A stretch of 64,000 nt of DNA from Candidatus Onthoplasma sp. (lineage in GTDB: Bacteria; Bacillota; Clostridia; Christensenellales; UBA1242): assembly GCA_045637825.1 (NCBI GenBank), contig JAZUAD010000024.1, positions 62,202 through 126,201 on the forward strand, read 5' to 3'. Below are positions 16,168 through 26,284 of the stretch, in pieces. The position numbers were made by a program, and so were the translations under genes. Numbering within the stretch: position 1 is the stretch's first letter; each line of letters starts with the position of its first letter. The notes under the pieces were generated by a model. That model saw only the letters and a list, made by a program, of their open reading frames with translations, searched no databases and was not told where the DNA came from.

Positions 16168-17566
16168 CTTCTTTTTTATTTTCGATTTTTTTAATAATTT
16201 TTATTTCTTTGTCAGCGTTTATTTTATTAATTCTGTTTAGATGGGAGGATAATAATATTTTTGTTTCATTTTTTATAGAGTTACTTGACAAAGCATAGTT
16301 TAAAATTTCTTTAGTTTGTAAAAATTTATCATAATCAGTTATGGTTTTAGTTTGTTCAATTTTGTTTAAGTAATTTTTTAAAGAAACTTCTATTATTTCA
16401 GGTGTTATATATTTTGAATAAAATGTAACCCCAAAACCTATGTCAGCATTTGCAAGCAATATATCGGCAGATGCTCGGTCGGCCAAGTTTTCTATTAAAT
16501 AAGTGATGGCTTTATCGTTTATACTTTGATTAAAAGATGAGAATAGACGGCATACTTGAGCAAAATTTTCTGAGGTAAGCAAATCCTTGGATAAAACGTC
16601 GTTTATAAAATTGCTTAAATCTCGTTTTTCACTACTTAAACTATTTCGTAAGTTAATTTGATTTAATAGATATTTATAGTCGTGTCTTAATGCCCAACCG
16701 GCAATTTCAAGATTTTCCTGCAATGTCATATTTTTAGTTGTGTGATCTAAAATTCCATTTAACAATGCATTATATGTATCATTATCGAGATTTTTGTCAG
16801 ATTTTACAGCATTCATTAAAAGCGATTTTACTTTGGTTTCAAGCTTTTCAAAAGATTTCATATCTTTTTTATTACTAGCATTATTTGCATTCTGAAGTTC
16901 TATGTATTGTTTAAAGTTATTTGTTAAATATTTTTTTACTTGAGGACTGCACATAGGGTCGTTCATTATCATCTTAAATGTTTCACTAGTATCAACAAAT
17001 GCATTATTTCTAGCATCTATTTCACTTTTTTTAGATAGATATGCACCGAATTGTAGTTTTTTTAGTTTTCGTTTTGATATTTTTGTGCCAAATAAATTGT
17101 GTTGATTTGCGAAATTATTTAATTCTTCAACTTCTTTATTTGTCATTTCACCGTCTAGCAAGCCATCGGTTACTTGCTTAAAATCAATAGTTTTAATTAA
17201 ATCTGGATTTACTCTATAGAAATCTTGATAATTATGCCTTTGTTCATGGTAAATAGTATCCAAAAGCATCATAAAATTATATTTGTTTTGTGAAACTGAT
17301 TGGACAAATGATAAACTATAGTATATGGTGTTTTGACCTGTACAATGTAATCCAAGTGTGTTTGGATTTCCATTAAGAATATCAGCATATTTTATAGTTA
17401 CAGGAGTCATTTTTTTATAAGGGTTATTGTTAGTAAGAATTTCAATAAGTTCTATCATTTCGTTATCAGGCGAAAAGGTTTCTGCAGATAAGTTAAAGTC
17501 ATACTTATTACTTAATTTTTCTAAAATATGATAAATGCGTTTTTTAGTTTCTAAATTATTATTCAT
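16151..17566 (-). CDS. hypothetical protein with HExxH zincin-like motif (putative metallopeptidase-like N-domain plus long helical C-terminal region)
   Basis: 471 aa. TIYHEQRHNYQD (H-E-x-x-H) with a downstream SEIDARN Glu candidate. No signal peptide. Opposite strand to all neighbours. Confidence 0.45.
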   Translation of the reverse strand: MNNNLETKKRIYHILEKLSNKYDFNLSAETFSPDNEMIELIEILTNNNPYKKMTPVTIKYADILNGNPNTLGLHCTGQNTIYYSLSFVQSVSQNKYNFMMLLDTIYHEQRHNYQDFYRVNPDLIKTIDFKQVTDGLLDGEMTNKEVEELNNFANQHNLFGTKISKRKLKKLQFGAYLSKKSEIDARNNAFVDTSETFKMIMNDPMCSPQVKKYLTNNFKQYIELQNANNASNKKDMKSFEKLETKVKSLLMNAVKSDKNLDNDTYNALLNGILDHTTKNMTLQENLEIAGWALRHDYKYLLNQINLRNSLSSEKRDLSNFINDVLSKDLLTSENFAQVCRLFSSFNQSINDKAITYLIENLADRASADILLANADIGFGVTFYSKYITPEIIEVSLKNYLNKIEQTKTITDYDKFLQTKEILNYALSSNSIKNETKILLSSHLNRINKINADKEIKIIKKIENKKEETLSI

Positions 17567-17719
17567 ATAAATAAGTATAAGTTAAAATATATTATTAGTC
17601 AATCGATATCGGTGATTTTATTTATAATAAATTTTAATTACCAAATTATTTAAAATTACTTGTCAAATGGTATGCGTTGTGATATAATATAAAAGTAGAA
17701 TTTATAAAAGGAGAAAATT

Positions 17720-18298
17720 ATGATTACAGCAGGTGATATTAGAAAAGGTGTTATTTTTGATGATGGTACTAGTAAGGACCCTAAAAACCCTAACTTATTC
17801 CTAGTTGTTGATTTCCAACACGTAAAGCCAGGTAAGGGTGCAGCATTCGTTCGTACAAAGTTGAAGAACGTAATTACAGGTCAAGTTATTGAACGTACTT
17901 ACAACCCATCTGAAAAGATTGATGATATCCAAATCGAACGTCGTGAAATGCAATATTTGTACAACGAAGGTGGTTTGTACTACTTTATGGACAACGAAAC
18001 TTACGAGCAAATTCCTTTCAACTACGATACAGTTGAAGACGCTATGAAGTTTATGATTGAAAATATGAGCGCTCAAGTTCAATTTTATAAAGGTACTCCA
18101 ATTAACGTAGAAGCACCTATGTTTGTTGAACTTACTATTGCGCAATGCGAACCAGGTGTTCGTGGCGATACAGCAAAATCTGGTGGTAAACCAGCAAAAC
18201 TTGAAACAGGTTTCACTATCCAAGTTCCTTTGTTTGTAAACGAAGGCGAAAAAGTTCGTGTTGATACTCGTACCGGCGAATATATGGAACGTGTATAA
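17720..18298 (+). CDS. efp: elongation factor P
   Basis: 192 aa. [15 protein letters not shown] motif. Confidence 0.95.
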   Translation: MITAGDIRKGVIFDDGTSKDPKNPNLFLVVDFQHVKPGKGAAFVRTKLKNVITGQVIERTYNPSEKIDDIQIERREMQYLYNEGGLYYFMDNETYEQIPFNYDTVEDAMKFMIENMSAQVQFYKGTPINVEAPMFVELTIAQCEPGVRGDTAKSGGKPAKLETGFTIQVPLFVNEGEKVRVDTRTGEYMERV

Positions 18299-18408
18299 TA
18301 TCTAAATAAGATATTAAATAAAAGTTTAAAGTAAGGGTGAAAATTTTTATTTCGCTCTTATTTTATCCAAAAATTTAAAAACTGAATACTAGATTATAGG
18401 AGAACATT

Positions 18409-18591
18409 ATGAAATTAGACTCAATTATATTTGGCAAAGTTCACGAAATAAAGGAACAAACTAAAAACCCAAGATTGATTGAAAAACGTGTTGGTGAAAT
18501 AGAAGTTGCTAATAAAAATAAAGCAAAATCTACTAAAAAGATTTCAAAAAATCAAAAGAGTATTAATCACAACCACACTAAACATTTATAA
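18409..18591 (+). CDS. hypothetical small basic protein (60 aa)
   Basis: GGAGAA RBS. Lys-rich C-terminus. No motif. Confidence 0.25.
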   Translation: MKLDSIIFGKVHEIKEQTKNPRLIEKRVGEIEVANKNKAKSTKKISKNQKSINHNHTKHL

Positions 18592-18625
18592 AAAAATAAA
18601 GCGTAAATTACTTACGCTTTTTTAA

Positions 18626-18850
18626 TTATTTTATAAGCAATTTAGATAAAGAACTTTCAATAGTGCTATCAATAACTGCCCAATAAATTAATGCTATAAA
18701 AATACTGAGCGCAAATCCAATAATAGCACCTTTGCCTGCTAGATAGGCATCTTCAGGTTGAGTTTTTCCCCAAACTATCCACAAAATGAAACCTACCAGA
18801 GGGAAAAAGAAACCAAGTACTGCCCAACCAGCATTTCCTTTATTTTGCAT
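18626..18850 (-). CDS. small integral membrane protein (2 TM, 74 aa)
   Basis: ATG 18850 preceded by AGGAGG. Sequence MQNKGNAGWAVLGFFFPLVGFILWIVW... The longer track ORF (to 18937) lacks an RBS. Confidence 0.5.
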   Translation of the reverse strand: MQNKGNAGWAVLGFFFPLVGFILWIVWGKTQPEDAYLAGKGAIIGFALSIFIALIYWAVIDSTIESSLSKLLIK

Positions 18851-18914
18851 ATAATTCCTCCTTAGTATATAAAATTTTATAAATCCTAAAAATTCGACAC
18901 ATATTAATATTATA

Positions 18915-18960
18915 TAGCGGAAAATCCGCCAAGTCAAGTTTTTTGGTGAACTTTCCGCTA
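18915..18960. promoter_or_regulatory. candidate operator: inverted 9-mers TAGCGGAAA / TTTCCGCTA plus inner GCGGA-AAA-TCCGC
   Basis: Arms at 18915-18923 and 18952-18960; inner palindrome at 18917-18929. It lies in the divergent intergenic region between the small membrane protein and the XRE gene. Confidence 0.35.
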
Positions 18961-18976
18961 AAATTATTATTAATAA

Positions 18977-19174
18977 ATGAGAACTTTTGGTGAAATTATA
19001 AAGAGATATAGGTTATTAAAGAAACTCTCACAACAAAAATTAGGAGAAGAGTTGGGTTTTTCTGCACGTACAATATCTGATTGGGAATGCAATAATACAG
19101 AACCTAATATAGAAACAATAAAAAAGTTAGTAATAGTTTTAGATATTACATTTGATGAGTTGTTTGATTTTTAA
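18977..19174 (+). CDS. XRE-family helix-turn-helix transcriptional regulator
   Basis: 65 aa. HTH LSQQKLGEELGFSARTISDWE. Confidence 0.75.
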   Translation: MRTFGEIIKRYRLLKKLSQQKLGEELGFSARTISDWECNNTEPNIETIKKLVIVLDITFDELFDF

Positions 19175-19286
19175 ACAGGATTAATTTAAAAACTTTAACG
19201 AAATAGCACGAATTTTGGTGCTATTTTTTTTATGCGTTCTAAACCTTAGGGCTATATTATATCAATAGGTAAAAAGGTGGTGAACT

Positions 19287-20201
19287 ATGTTAAAACGATA
19301 TTTGCCAGAGGTTATATATAATTCAATAGCCAAGTATGTAAATTATGCTGATGTTAATGAAATTAGACTTAGGGTTAATAGTCCGCTAGTGGTTTGTATT
19401 AAAAACAAAAAGTACTTTGTAGGTGAACATGGTTTTAGCGATTATGATAATGCTATAATTTGCAGTTATGAGATGATGCAGGATTTTGTATATAAACTTT
19501 GTGACAATGCGGTATATGCTGTCAATGACCAATTAAAACAAGGGTTTATAACACTTCCTAAAGGAGTGCGTGTGGGCATTTGTGGCGAGGTAGTAACTAC
19601 CGATGGAAAAATTGTAACTATTAAAAATTTCCAGTCGGCAAATATACGTATTCCGCATCATATAAAGGGCTGTAGTTTGTTGGCGCTAGATTATATGTTG
19701 GACAAGGACTTTAAAAACACATTGATAGTTTCACCAGCAGGTGCGGGTAAAACAACCTTTATAAGAGATGTGGTTTATCAGTTATCCAAACAAAATTATT
19801 GCTATAATGTGTTGATTGCAGACGAACGTAATGAGATTGCAAGTGTTGTTAATGGGGTGGCGGAAATACCGCTTGGCAATTTTGCGGACATTTATTCTAA
19901 CTGCACTAAGGAATTTGCTTTTAAGCAAGGTATACGTAGTATGAAACCAGACATATTTGTTACAGATGAAATAGATATAGATAAAGACCTTCAAAGCATT
20001 GTAGATGCAAATAATTCGGGGGTTAAAGTATTGGCTACCATACATAGCGATAATATTACTAAACTAAAGCAAAAGCGTGGGTTTGATAAAATTATAAACG
20101 ACAAGGTGTTTGAGCGCTATGTGGTGCTTAGCGATAACGAAGGTCCTGGAACCTTAACACATATTTATGATAGCAATTTAAAGTGTTTATTTTGTAGGTA
20201 A
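19287..20201 (+). CDS. spoIIIAA: stage III sporulation protein AA (ATPase)
   Basis: 304 aa. Walker A SPAGAGKTT. First gene of an 8-gene spoIIIA-type cluster. Confidence 0.85.
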   Translation: MLKRYLPEVIYNSIAKYVNYADVNEIRLRVNSPLVVCIKNKKYFVGEHGFSDYDNAIICSYEMMQDFVYKLCDNAVYAVNDQLKQGFITLPKGVRVGICGEVVTTDGKIVTIKNFQSANIRIPHHIKGCSLLALDYMLDKDFKNTLIVSPAGAGKTTFIRDVVYQLSKQNYCYNVLIADERNEIASVVNGVAEIPLGNFADIYSNCTKEFAFKQGIRSMKPDIFVTDEIDIDKDLQSIVDANNSGVKVLATIHSDNITKLKQKRGFDKIINDKVFERYVVLSDNEGPGTLTHIYDSNLKCLFCR

Positions 20202-20223
20202 CTCGCAAATTAAAAGGATAAAG

Positions 20224-20700
20224 ATGAAATATATATTAATGTTAGGTTTAATTGCTGTAATTATGCTAATTGCGCAAGGTGTGTGTAAGCAATATCGTGA
20301 AAGATATGCTTTGTTTGAAGGGCTAAATGATTTTTTTAGACAAATGCAACTTAACCTTAATTTTCAAAAGCAAAAAATTAATGAGATAATTAATCAAACC
20401 TCGTTACGTAAAAATAATAAGGAAATATATATAGCATATTTAGATTATTTGAAAGAAGGGACAAGTTTGGATATAACCAGTATTCGTATTTTAGATGATA
20501 ACGAACAAGTGCAAATAACTAATATGCTATTATCGCTTGGTAAAAACGATGTGTCGGGCGAATTAACGCAATTGGAAAGTTATAAAATATACTTAAGTGA
20601 TAAGATTACTCAATCAAGACAAGAAAAGGATAAGTATTGCCCTTTAATTACCAAACTATCGTTTTTGTTTGCAGTTGGACTAGCAATATTGTTTATTTAA
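20224..20700 (+). CDS. spoIIIAB: stage III sporulation protein AB
   Basis: 158 aa with N- and C-terminal TM segments. Assigned from position in the cluster. Confidence 0.7.
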   Translation: MKYILMLGLIAVIMLIAQGVCKQYRERYALFEGLNDFFRQMQLNLNFQKQKINEIINQTSLRKNNKEIYIAYLDYLKEGTSLDITSIRILDDNEQVQITNMLLSLGKNDVSGELTQLESYKIYLSDKITQSRQEKDKYCPLITKLSFLFAVGLAILFI

Positions 20701-20781
20701 TATATAAGATAATAAATAGTTGGATTTGTGTGTTTTGCTATTTACAAGTTGGATTTGAGATTAAAATATAAAAGAGGTATT

Positions 20782-20976
20782 ATGTCGGTAGAGATTATAT
20801 TTAAAATTGCAGGAATTGGATTGATAACTGCCATTGTTAATCAAATATTAAAACATTTAGGCAAGGAAGAGATTGCATCAGTTACAACTTTGGCTGGGCT
20901 GATAATATGCTTACTAATGGTATTAGACCTAGTACAAGACTTATTAAATACTATTAAAAATCTATTTTCGTTTTGA
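20782..20976 (+). CDS. spoIIIAC: stage III sporulation protein AC
   Basis: ATG 20782 after AGAGG. 64 aa, 2 TM (IFKIAGIGLITAIVNQILK). Confidence 0.8.
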   Translation: MSVEIIFKIAGIGLITAIVNQILKHLGKEEIASVTTLAGLIICLLMVLDLVQDLLNTIKNLFSF

Positions 20977-20984
20977 GGTAGAGT

Positions 20985-21368
20985 ATGGATATAGTTAAGG
21001 TGGTGGCGGTAGGGCTTATTACAGTGATAGCCACTATAATAGTTAAACAAGTAAAGCCAGAAATAGCAGTGTTAATTACTTTGGCAGGCAGTATTGTTAT
21101 TATAATACTATCTGTGCAAATGCTACAAAATGTATTTGGCTCGTTTTTAGGTATATTTGACAAGACTGGTGTAAGTGGCTCGTTATTTGTACCTGTGCTT
21201 AAAATTATAGGTATAGGTTATTTATGCGAATTTGGTGCAAATCTTTGTGTAGATGGCGGGTGTAACAGTATTGCGGACAAGATATTATTTTGTGGCAAAA
21301 TAACAATACTTATAATAGCACTTCCTATTATCAATAACGTTATTGATGTAGTGTTGGAGTTTTTATGA
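20985..21368 (+). CDS. spoIIIAD: stage III sporulation protein AD
   Basis: 127 aa, 4 TM. Paralogous to AC (KVVAVGLITVIATIIVKQ). Confidence 0.8.
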   Translation: MDIVKVVAVGLITVIATIIVKQVKPEIAVLITLAGSIVIIILSVQMLQNVFGSFLGIFDKTGVSGSLFVPVLKIIGIGYLCEFGANLCVDGGCNSIADKILFCGKITILIIALPIINNVIDVVLEFL

Positions 21369-22591
21369 TAAAAATATTAAGACCAAAACAGCCAGAATAC
21401 ATCAAACGTACGTGTATATTACTAATAATTTTAATTTCATTTTTTGCCATTATTATTCAACCTAGCTATACCTATTGCGCTAATGCTAGTTTGCTGGAAA
21501 TGAGCGAAGACTTAGGCAATAATGTTAATGCTTTATTAAAAGACATTGACTTTTCGCCTATTGATGAAGTAATTGCTGAGTTTGATGACAATCAAATAAA
21601 AATGTTTTCCTTAGATAATATAAAAGCAAAGGTAAAAGATATTATCAATGGTAAACAGGCGGTAGATTATAATACTATTGCAGAAGTTGTAGTTAATGTA
21701 TTACTGCAAGTGATAATTCAATACGTGCCTATGTTTGCGTTAATAGTAGGTATTGGTATAATTGCTAGTTTGTTAGATCAAATAAAAAGTAAGTTTAACG
21801 AAAAGTCAACAGGAGATATAGTTCATTTTGTATGTTTTTGCCTGATTGTTATAATTATGGCTACAAGTGTTAAACGGCTTATTACTAGTACCACCTCTAC
21901 AATAGGGAATATGCAGAATATAATTAATGTAATATTTCCGATAATACTAACGCTGATGACGGGGATAGGCGCAGTGACTAGTGTGGGTGTATTTCAACCA
22001 GTTTTGGCTGTGATGAGCAATATTGTTAGCACTATTATATTTAAAGCAGTGATCCCTATATTTATATTTAGTTTTGTATTACATATTATAGGGCATTTGT
22101 CTGGTACTATTAAGTTGGATAAATTCAATTCGTTTTTATCTAGTTTGTTTAAATGGCTAATAGGCATAACCTTTACAATTTTCTTTGCGGTTATATCTAT
22201 TCAAGGTATTTCTGCTGGGGCATTTGATTCGGTGTCGCTTAGGACTGCAAAGTTTACTATTAGTAGTTACGTTCCAATAATGGGTGGATACTTATCTCAA
22301 GGAATGGATTTAATACTTGCTAGCGGAGTGCTAATTAAAAATTCGGTAGGACTTGTAGGAATTTTAATTATAATAACCTCTATTTTATCTCCAATACTGG
22401 AAATAGTAGTATTTAGTTTGATGCTGAAAGCGGTAAGTGCAATATTGCAACCATTAAATAATAATCGTATTACAAACTTTTTGCACGCAACCTCTAAGAC
22501 AATTACAATGCTATCTACTTGTATAATAGTAGTTGGGTTTATGTACTTTTTAAGTATAGGTATGTGTATGGCATCGGCAAATGTAATATAG
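21365..22591 (+). CDS. spoIIIAE: stage III sporulation protein AE
   Basis: 408 aa polytopic membrane protein with an N-terminal signal-like segment. Assigned from cluster position. Confidence 0.8.
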   Translation: MIKILRPKQPEYIKRTCILLIILISFFAIIIQPSYTYCANASLLEMSEDLGNNVNALLKDIDFSPIDEVIAEFDDNQIKMFSLDNIKAKVKDIINGKQAVDYNTIAEVVVNVLLQVIIQYVPMFALIVGIGIIASLLDQIKSKFNEKSTGDIVHFVCFCLIVIIMATSVKRLITSTTSTIGNMQNIINVIFPIILTLMTGIGAVTSVGVFQPVLAVMSNIVSTIIFKAVIPIFIFSFVLHIIGHLSGTIKLDKFNSFLSSLFKWLIGITFTIFFAVISIQGISAGAFDSVSLRTAKFTISSYVPIMGGYLSQGMDLILASGVLIKNSVGLVGILIIITSILSPILEIVVFSLMLKAVSAILQPLNNNRITNFLHATSKTITMLSTCIIVVGFMYFLSIGMCMASANVI

Positions 22592-22640
22592 TCACATATT
22601 AAAACAATATAGTAAATTAATATATAGGAGAAAGCATACA

Positions 22641-23120
22641 ATGAACGGATATTTATTATCTTTGCTAGGCGTAATATTGCTAGGTGTACTTATAGATGTA
22701 ATATTACCTAGTGGTAGTACTTCTAAGTATATATCAGGCATATTTGCAATAGTAGTAATGTTTGTTATGGTTTCGCCATTACTTAAGTTTATTAATAGCG
22801 ATAATAGACTAAATAATTATTTTACTGCAATGGATATACAACTAAATGAAAAACTATTATATAACATTAGTAATTCTAAGTTTAATGCGGTGGAAGATGC
22901 TATCAAGCAAGAGTTAGTAAGTAACGGATATAATAATGTAAACATAGAGGTAGAGTTTAAAGTGGTGGCGGATAGTGTCGAGATAAGGCAAGTTTTAGTA
23001 GATTTGACTAATTTAGTCATTAATACAAATTCCGCGAATATAAATAAATATGTATATATTAGACAAGTAGTTATGCAACATCTGGCAGTAACGGAGGAGG
23101 TGATAGTATTTTGTGAGTGA
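22641..23120 (+). CDS. spoIIIAF: stage III sporulation protein AF
   Basis: 159 aa, two N-terminal TM segments. Assigned from cluster position. Confidence 0.7.
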   Translation: MNGYLLSLLGVILLGVLIDVILPSGSTSKYISGIFAIVVMFVMVSPLLKFINSDNRLNNYFTAMDIQLNEKLLYNISNSKFNAVEDAIKQELVSNGYNNVNIEVEFKVVADSVEIRQVLVDLTNLVINTNSANINKYVYIRQVVMQHLAVTEEVIVFCE

Positions 23121-23571
23121 CAAGCCACAACGTAGTAAAATTAAGTGGGTTGAAAAATTAAAAAATATAAAACACATAGAAATATACATAACCATTATAT
23201 TTGCAATAATACTAATCCTCATATTATTTTCATCTACAGGCAATAAAAAATCATATACCAACAACAAAAGTAATACTACCTATCAGGAAACCTCGGTCAC
23301 TAGTTATATAAACAATATGGAGCATAAGTTGGAGCAAATATTATCACAAGTGCAAGGCGCTAGTAATGTGAGTGTTATGCTTACGCTGGATATGAGCAGT
23401 AGTACTATTAAAAACGATGAAATAGAAATTAATAATTTTCCTGACATTAAAGGCGTGGTTATTGTAGCAAAAGGAGTGGAAGACACCAAAGTAAAAATGA
23501 ATATATTAAAAGCAGTACAGGCGGTAATAGATATTTCTAGCGGACGAATAGAAATATTAAATAGCAATTAA
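23113..23571 (+). CDS. spoIIIAG: stage III sporulation protein AG
   Basis: 152 aa. One TM, then a C-terminal IKGVVIVAKGVED motif typical of AG. Confidence 0.75.
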   Translation: MSDKPQRSKIKWVEKLKNIKHIEIYITIIFAIILILILFSSTGNKKSYTNNKSNTTYQETSVTSYINNMEHKLEQILSQVQGASNVSVMLTLDMSSSTIKNDEIEINNFPDIKGVVIVAKGVEDTKVKMNILKAVQAVIDISSGRIEILNSN

Positions 23572-23636
23572 ATACAAAGGATAGATATATGGTGGCGGAA
23601 TTGCCAGTAAAAATAAAAAAATTAAAGGAGTTAGTT

Positions 23637-24122
23637 ATGACAAAGAAAAAGAAAATTATAGTTTTATCAGTTATGATAGGATTACTTATCCTTACAGGGT
23701 ATATTAATGTGGCCTTAAACAATTCATTATCAGGTGCAAATCCTAGTACTAGCACTCAAACTTCAGCAGTGACCGAAAGTTTTTACACAACCTATAAAAC
23801 CGAGCGTGAAAGCACACGTAAACAAGAACTTCAATTTTATGAAGCAATAATTGCAAGTTCTACTTCATCTCAAGAAGCAAAAAATGAAGCAGAAAAGAAC
23901 AAACTAGATTTAATCAACCAAATGGAAAAGGAATTAGTAGTAGAAGGAATTATTGTAGGAAAGGGTTTTGATGATGCTATTGTTACACAAAGTAGCGCTA
24001 ATGTAAACGTTTTTATCAAATCTGCCGAATTAAATTCTAGCGAAGTGGCAATAATTACAGATGTGGTAAGAGAACAACTTGGTGTGGAAATTGATAAAAT
24101 TATAATAATTCCGTCAGAATAA
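23637..24122 (+). CDS. spoIIIAH: stage III sporulation protein AH
   Basis: ATG 23637 after AAAGGAG. N-terminal TM and a soluble C-terminal domain. Last gene of the cluster. Confidence 0.7.
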   Translation: MTKKKKIIVLSVMIGLLILTGYINVALNNSLSGANPSTSTQTSAVTESFYTTYKTERESTRKQELQFYEAIIASSTSSQEAKNEAEKNKLDLINQMEKELVVEGIIVGKGFDDAIVTQSSANVNVFIKSAELNSSEVAIITDVVREQLGVEIDKIIIIPSE

Positions 24123-24171
24123 TTGCAATCTTATTAGTTTTGTGCTACAATACATATAGAGGTATATATTT

Positions 24172-24522
24172 ATGGCACAAAAAATTAATAATAGTTTAAA
24201 TAATACTCATATTAACAAAAATATGATGCTATCTATTGTAACGCTTGCAACTAAGGAAATAGCCGGAGTTGTAGATGTTGCTCAACCAGCAATTCAAAAT
24301 ATTAAAAAGATATTTTCACAAAATGTTGGTGATGGTGTTAGCATTAAGTTTACTCAACTAGGTTTGATTATAGATGTTTTTATTATAGTTGAAATAGGGT
24401 ATAGTGCTAATGATGTGGTATATCGTGTACAACAAAATATTAAAAACAGTGTAGCAACTATGATTGAAATGCCAATTAAGGCAATTAATGTTCATATTGT
24501 AGATGCTGAAAAACATCGTTAA
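24172..24522 (+). CDS. Asp23/Gls24 family alkaline shock protein
   Basis: 116 aa. Conserved position between spoIIIAH and nusB (YqhY-like). Confidence 0.75.
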   Translation: MAQKINNSLNNTHINKNMMLSIVTLATKEIAGVVDVAQPAIQNIKKIFSQNVGDGVSIKFTQLGLIIDVFIIVEIGYSANDVVYRVQQNIKNSVATMIEMPIKAINVHIVDAEKHR

Positions 24523-24543
24523 TATCTAGCACTTGGAGAAAAT

Positions 24544-24906
24544 ATGAGTAGAATACAATCAAGAGAGAATGCATTTAAGATTATTTATTCTAAATTATAT
24601 GTAAATGATGCGGAAATTTCGCCTATCGAAGAGATAGACGATTTTTGCGTATCTTTGGTAACTGCGTTTACTAATAATATTGAAGATATTAAAAACAAGG
24701 TTGCAAGCAATTTAAAAGGAACTACTGTTGATAGGGTATATAAGATTAATCTAGCACTTATTTATCTTGCAGTGGCTGAAATATTTTATGTGGAAGGCAG
24801 TGAATATAAGGTGGTTATTAATGAGGTGGTTAACCTTGCTAAAAAATATTCAACCGAAAAGAGCCACAAATTTATTAATGGGTTCCTAGCAGGGCTTGTT
24901 AAATAA
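24544..24906 (+). CDS. nusB: transcription antitermination factor NusB
   Basis: 120 aa. SRENAFKIIY N-terminus typical of NusB. Confidence 0.85.
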   Translation: MSRIQSRENAFKIIYSKLYVNDAEISPIEEIDDFCVSLVTAFTNNIEDIKNKVASNLKGTTVDRVYKINLALIYLAVAEIFYVEGSEYKVVINEVVNLAKKYSTEKSHKFINGFLAGLVK

Positions 24907-26084
24907 TGTTTGCCTTAACAGTTACGCAATTAAATAAAAGAATTAAAGATATTTTAGAAAATGAGGTAATACTTGAACATATTACCGTAATGGGTGAAAT
25001 ATCTTCTTTTTCTGTAACACGAGGAATAGCTTATTTTAATATTAAAGATGACGACAGTTTGCTTAGTTGTGTAATGTTTGGTTGCCCACAAAACTATAAT
25101 ATTGGCGATAAGGTTCAAGTAACTGGTAACATAAATTATTATACCAAGGGTGGTAAATTATCGCTTAGCGTAACAAAAATAGAACTAATGGGGCAAGGAG
25201 AGTTGTATCAACAATATCTAATGCTTAAACAACGTTTAGAATTAGAAGGTTTATTTGATAGTAATATAAAAAAGCCAATACCAAGATTTATTAAACGTAT
25301 AGGAGTAATTACATCTAAAACTGGTGCTGTATTGCAAGATATAATCAATGTAACCAGCAGGCGTAATCCTACAGTCGACCTAGTATTATATGATACGCAG
25401 GTGCAAGGAATAGTTGCGGTTGACCAAATAGTTGAGGCAATTAATTTCTTTTCAAATTATGATAATATAGATGTTATAGTTGTTGCTCGAGGTGGTGGAA
25501 GTATTGAAGATTTACAACCCTTTAATGATGAGGCAGTAGCACGTGCGTGCTTTGAGTGTAAAAAACCGATTGTGTCAGCAGTAGGGCACGAAACCGACTT
25601 TACAATTATTGACTTTGTGGCAGATTTGCGTGCACCGACACCATCTGCAGCGGCCGAACTGCTTGCATTTGATTATTATGATACGTGTGACACCTTTAAT
25701 GGCTATATCGAGCATTTTAATCGTCAAATAGAGCGCACTTATAACGAATATGCTATAATGATAGCAAACTACGTTGCGACCTTTCAAGATGAGGTAAAGG
25801 AACTGGTATTTAAACTAGAACTTAAGGTTAATCAACTATTAAACAATTGTGAAAATATAGTGCAAGACAAAGTTGATAAATCAATATATAGTGTAAATAT
25901 ACTTTTAAACACACTAGACAAACTAAATCCAATTAATCTTTTAAGGTCAGGATATGCAATAATAAATAAAGAACAAATTCGCCTAAAGGACTATACAAAA
26001 CTAAAAAAAGATGATATAATAACAATAGATACAAATACCAATCAAATAATAGCAAAGGTTATTGATAATAAGGAGAGATTATGA
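24906..26084 (+). CDS. xseA: exodeoxyribonuclease VII large subunit
   Basis: 392 aa. N-terminal OB fold, RGGGSIEDL and GHETD motifs. Confidence 0.9.
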   Translation: MFALTVTQLNKRIKDILENEVILEHITVMGEISSFSVTRGIAYFNIKDDDSLLSCVMFGCPQNYNIGDKVQVTGNINYYTKGGKLSLSVTKIELMGQGELYQQYLMLKQRLELEGLFDSNIKKPIPRFIKRIGVITSKTGAVLQDIINVTSRRNPTVDLVLYDTQVQGIVAVDQIVEAINFFSNYDNIDVIVVARGGGSIEDLQPFNDEAVARACFECKKPIVSAVGHETDFTIIDFVADLRAPTPSAAAELLAFDYYDTCDTFNGYIEHFNRQIERTYNEYAIMIANYVATFQDEVKELVFKLELKVNQLLNNCENIVQDKVDKSIYSVNILLNTLDKLNPINLLRSGYAIINKEQIRLKDYTKLKKDDIITIDTNTNQIIAKVIDNKERL

Positions 26085-26284
26085 AATTAGAAGAAAGTAT
26101 GAAGCGCCTTGAAGTAATTGCAAGCGAGCTTGATAGTGGCGAAAAAAGTTTGGAGGAATGTCTTAAACTTTATGAAGAGGGTGTAAAACTAGCCAAAACT
26201 TGCCTAGATAGTTTAGAACAAACCAAGGGCAAAATAACAGAAATTAAAAAGACAACAAATACGGAGGAAGAAATAGATGGATAA
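26081..26284 (+). CDS. xseB: exodeoxyribonuclease VII small subunit
   Basis: 67 aa helical protein (LEECLKLYEEG). Overlaps the xseA stop. Confidence 0.85.
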   Translation: MKLEESMKRLEVIASELDSGEKSLEECLKLYEEGVKLAKTCLDSLEQTKGKITEIKKTTNTEEEIDG

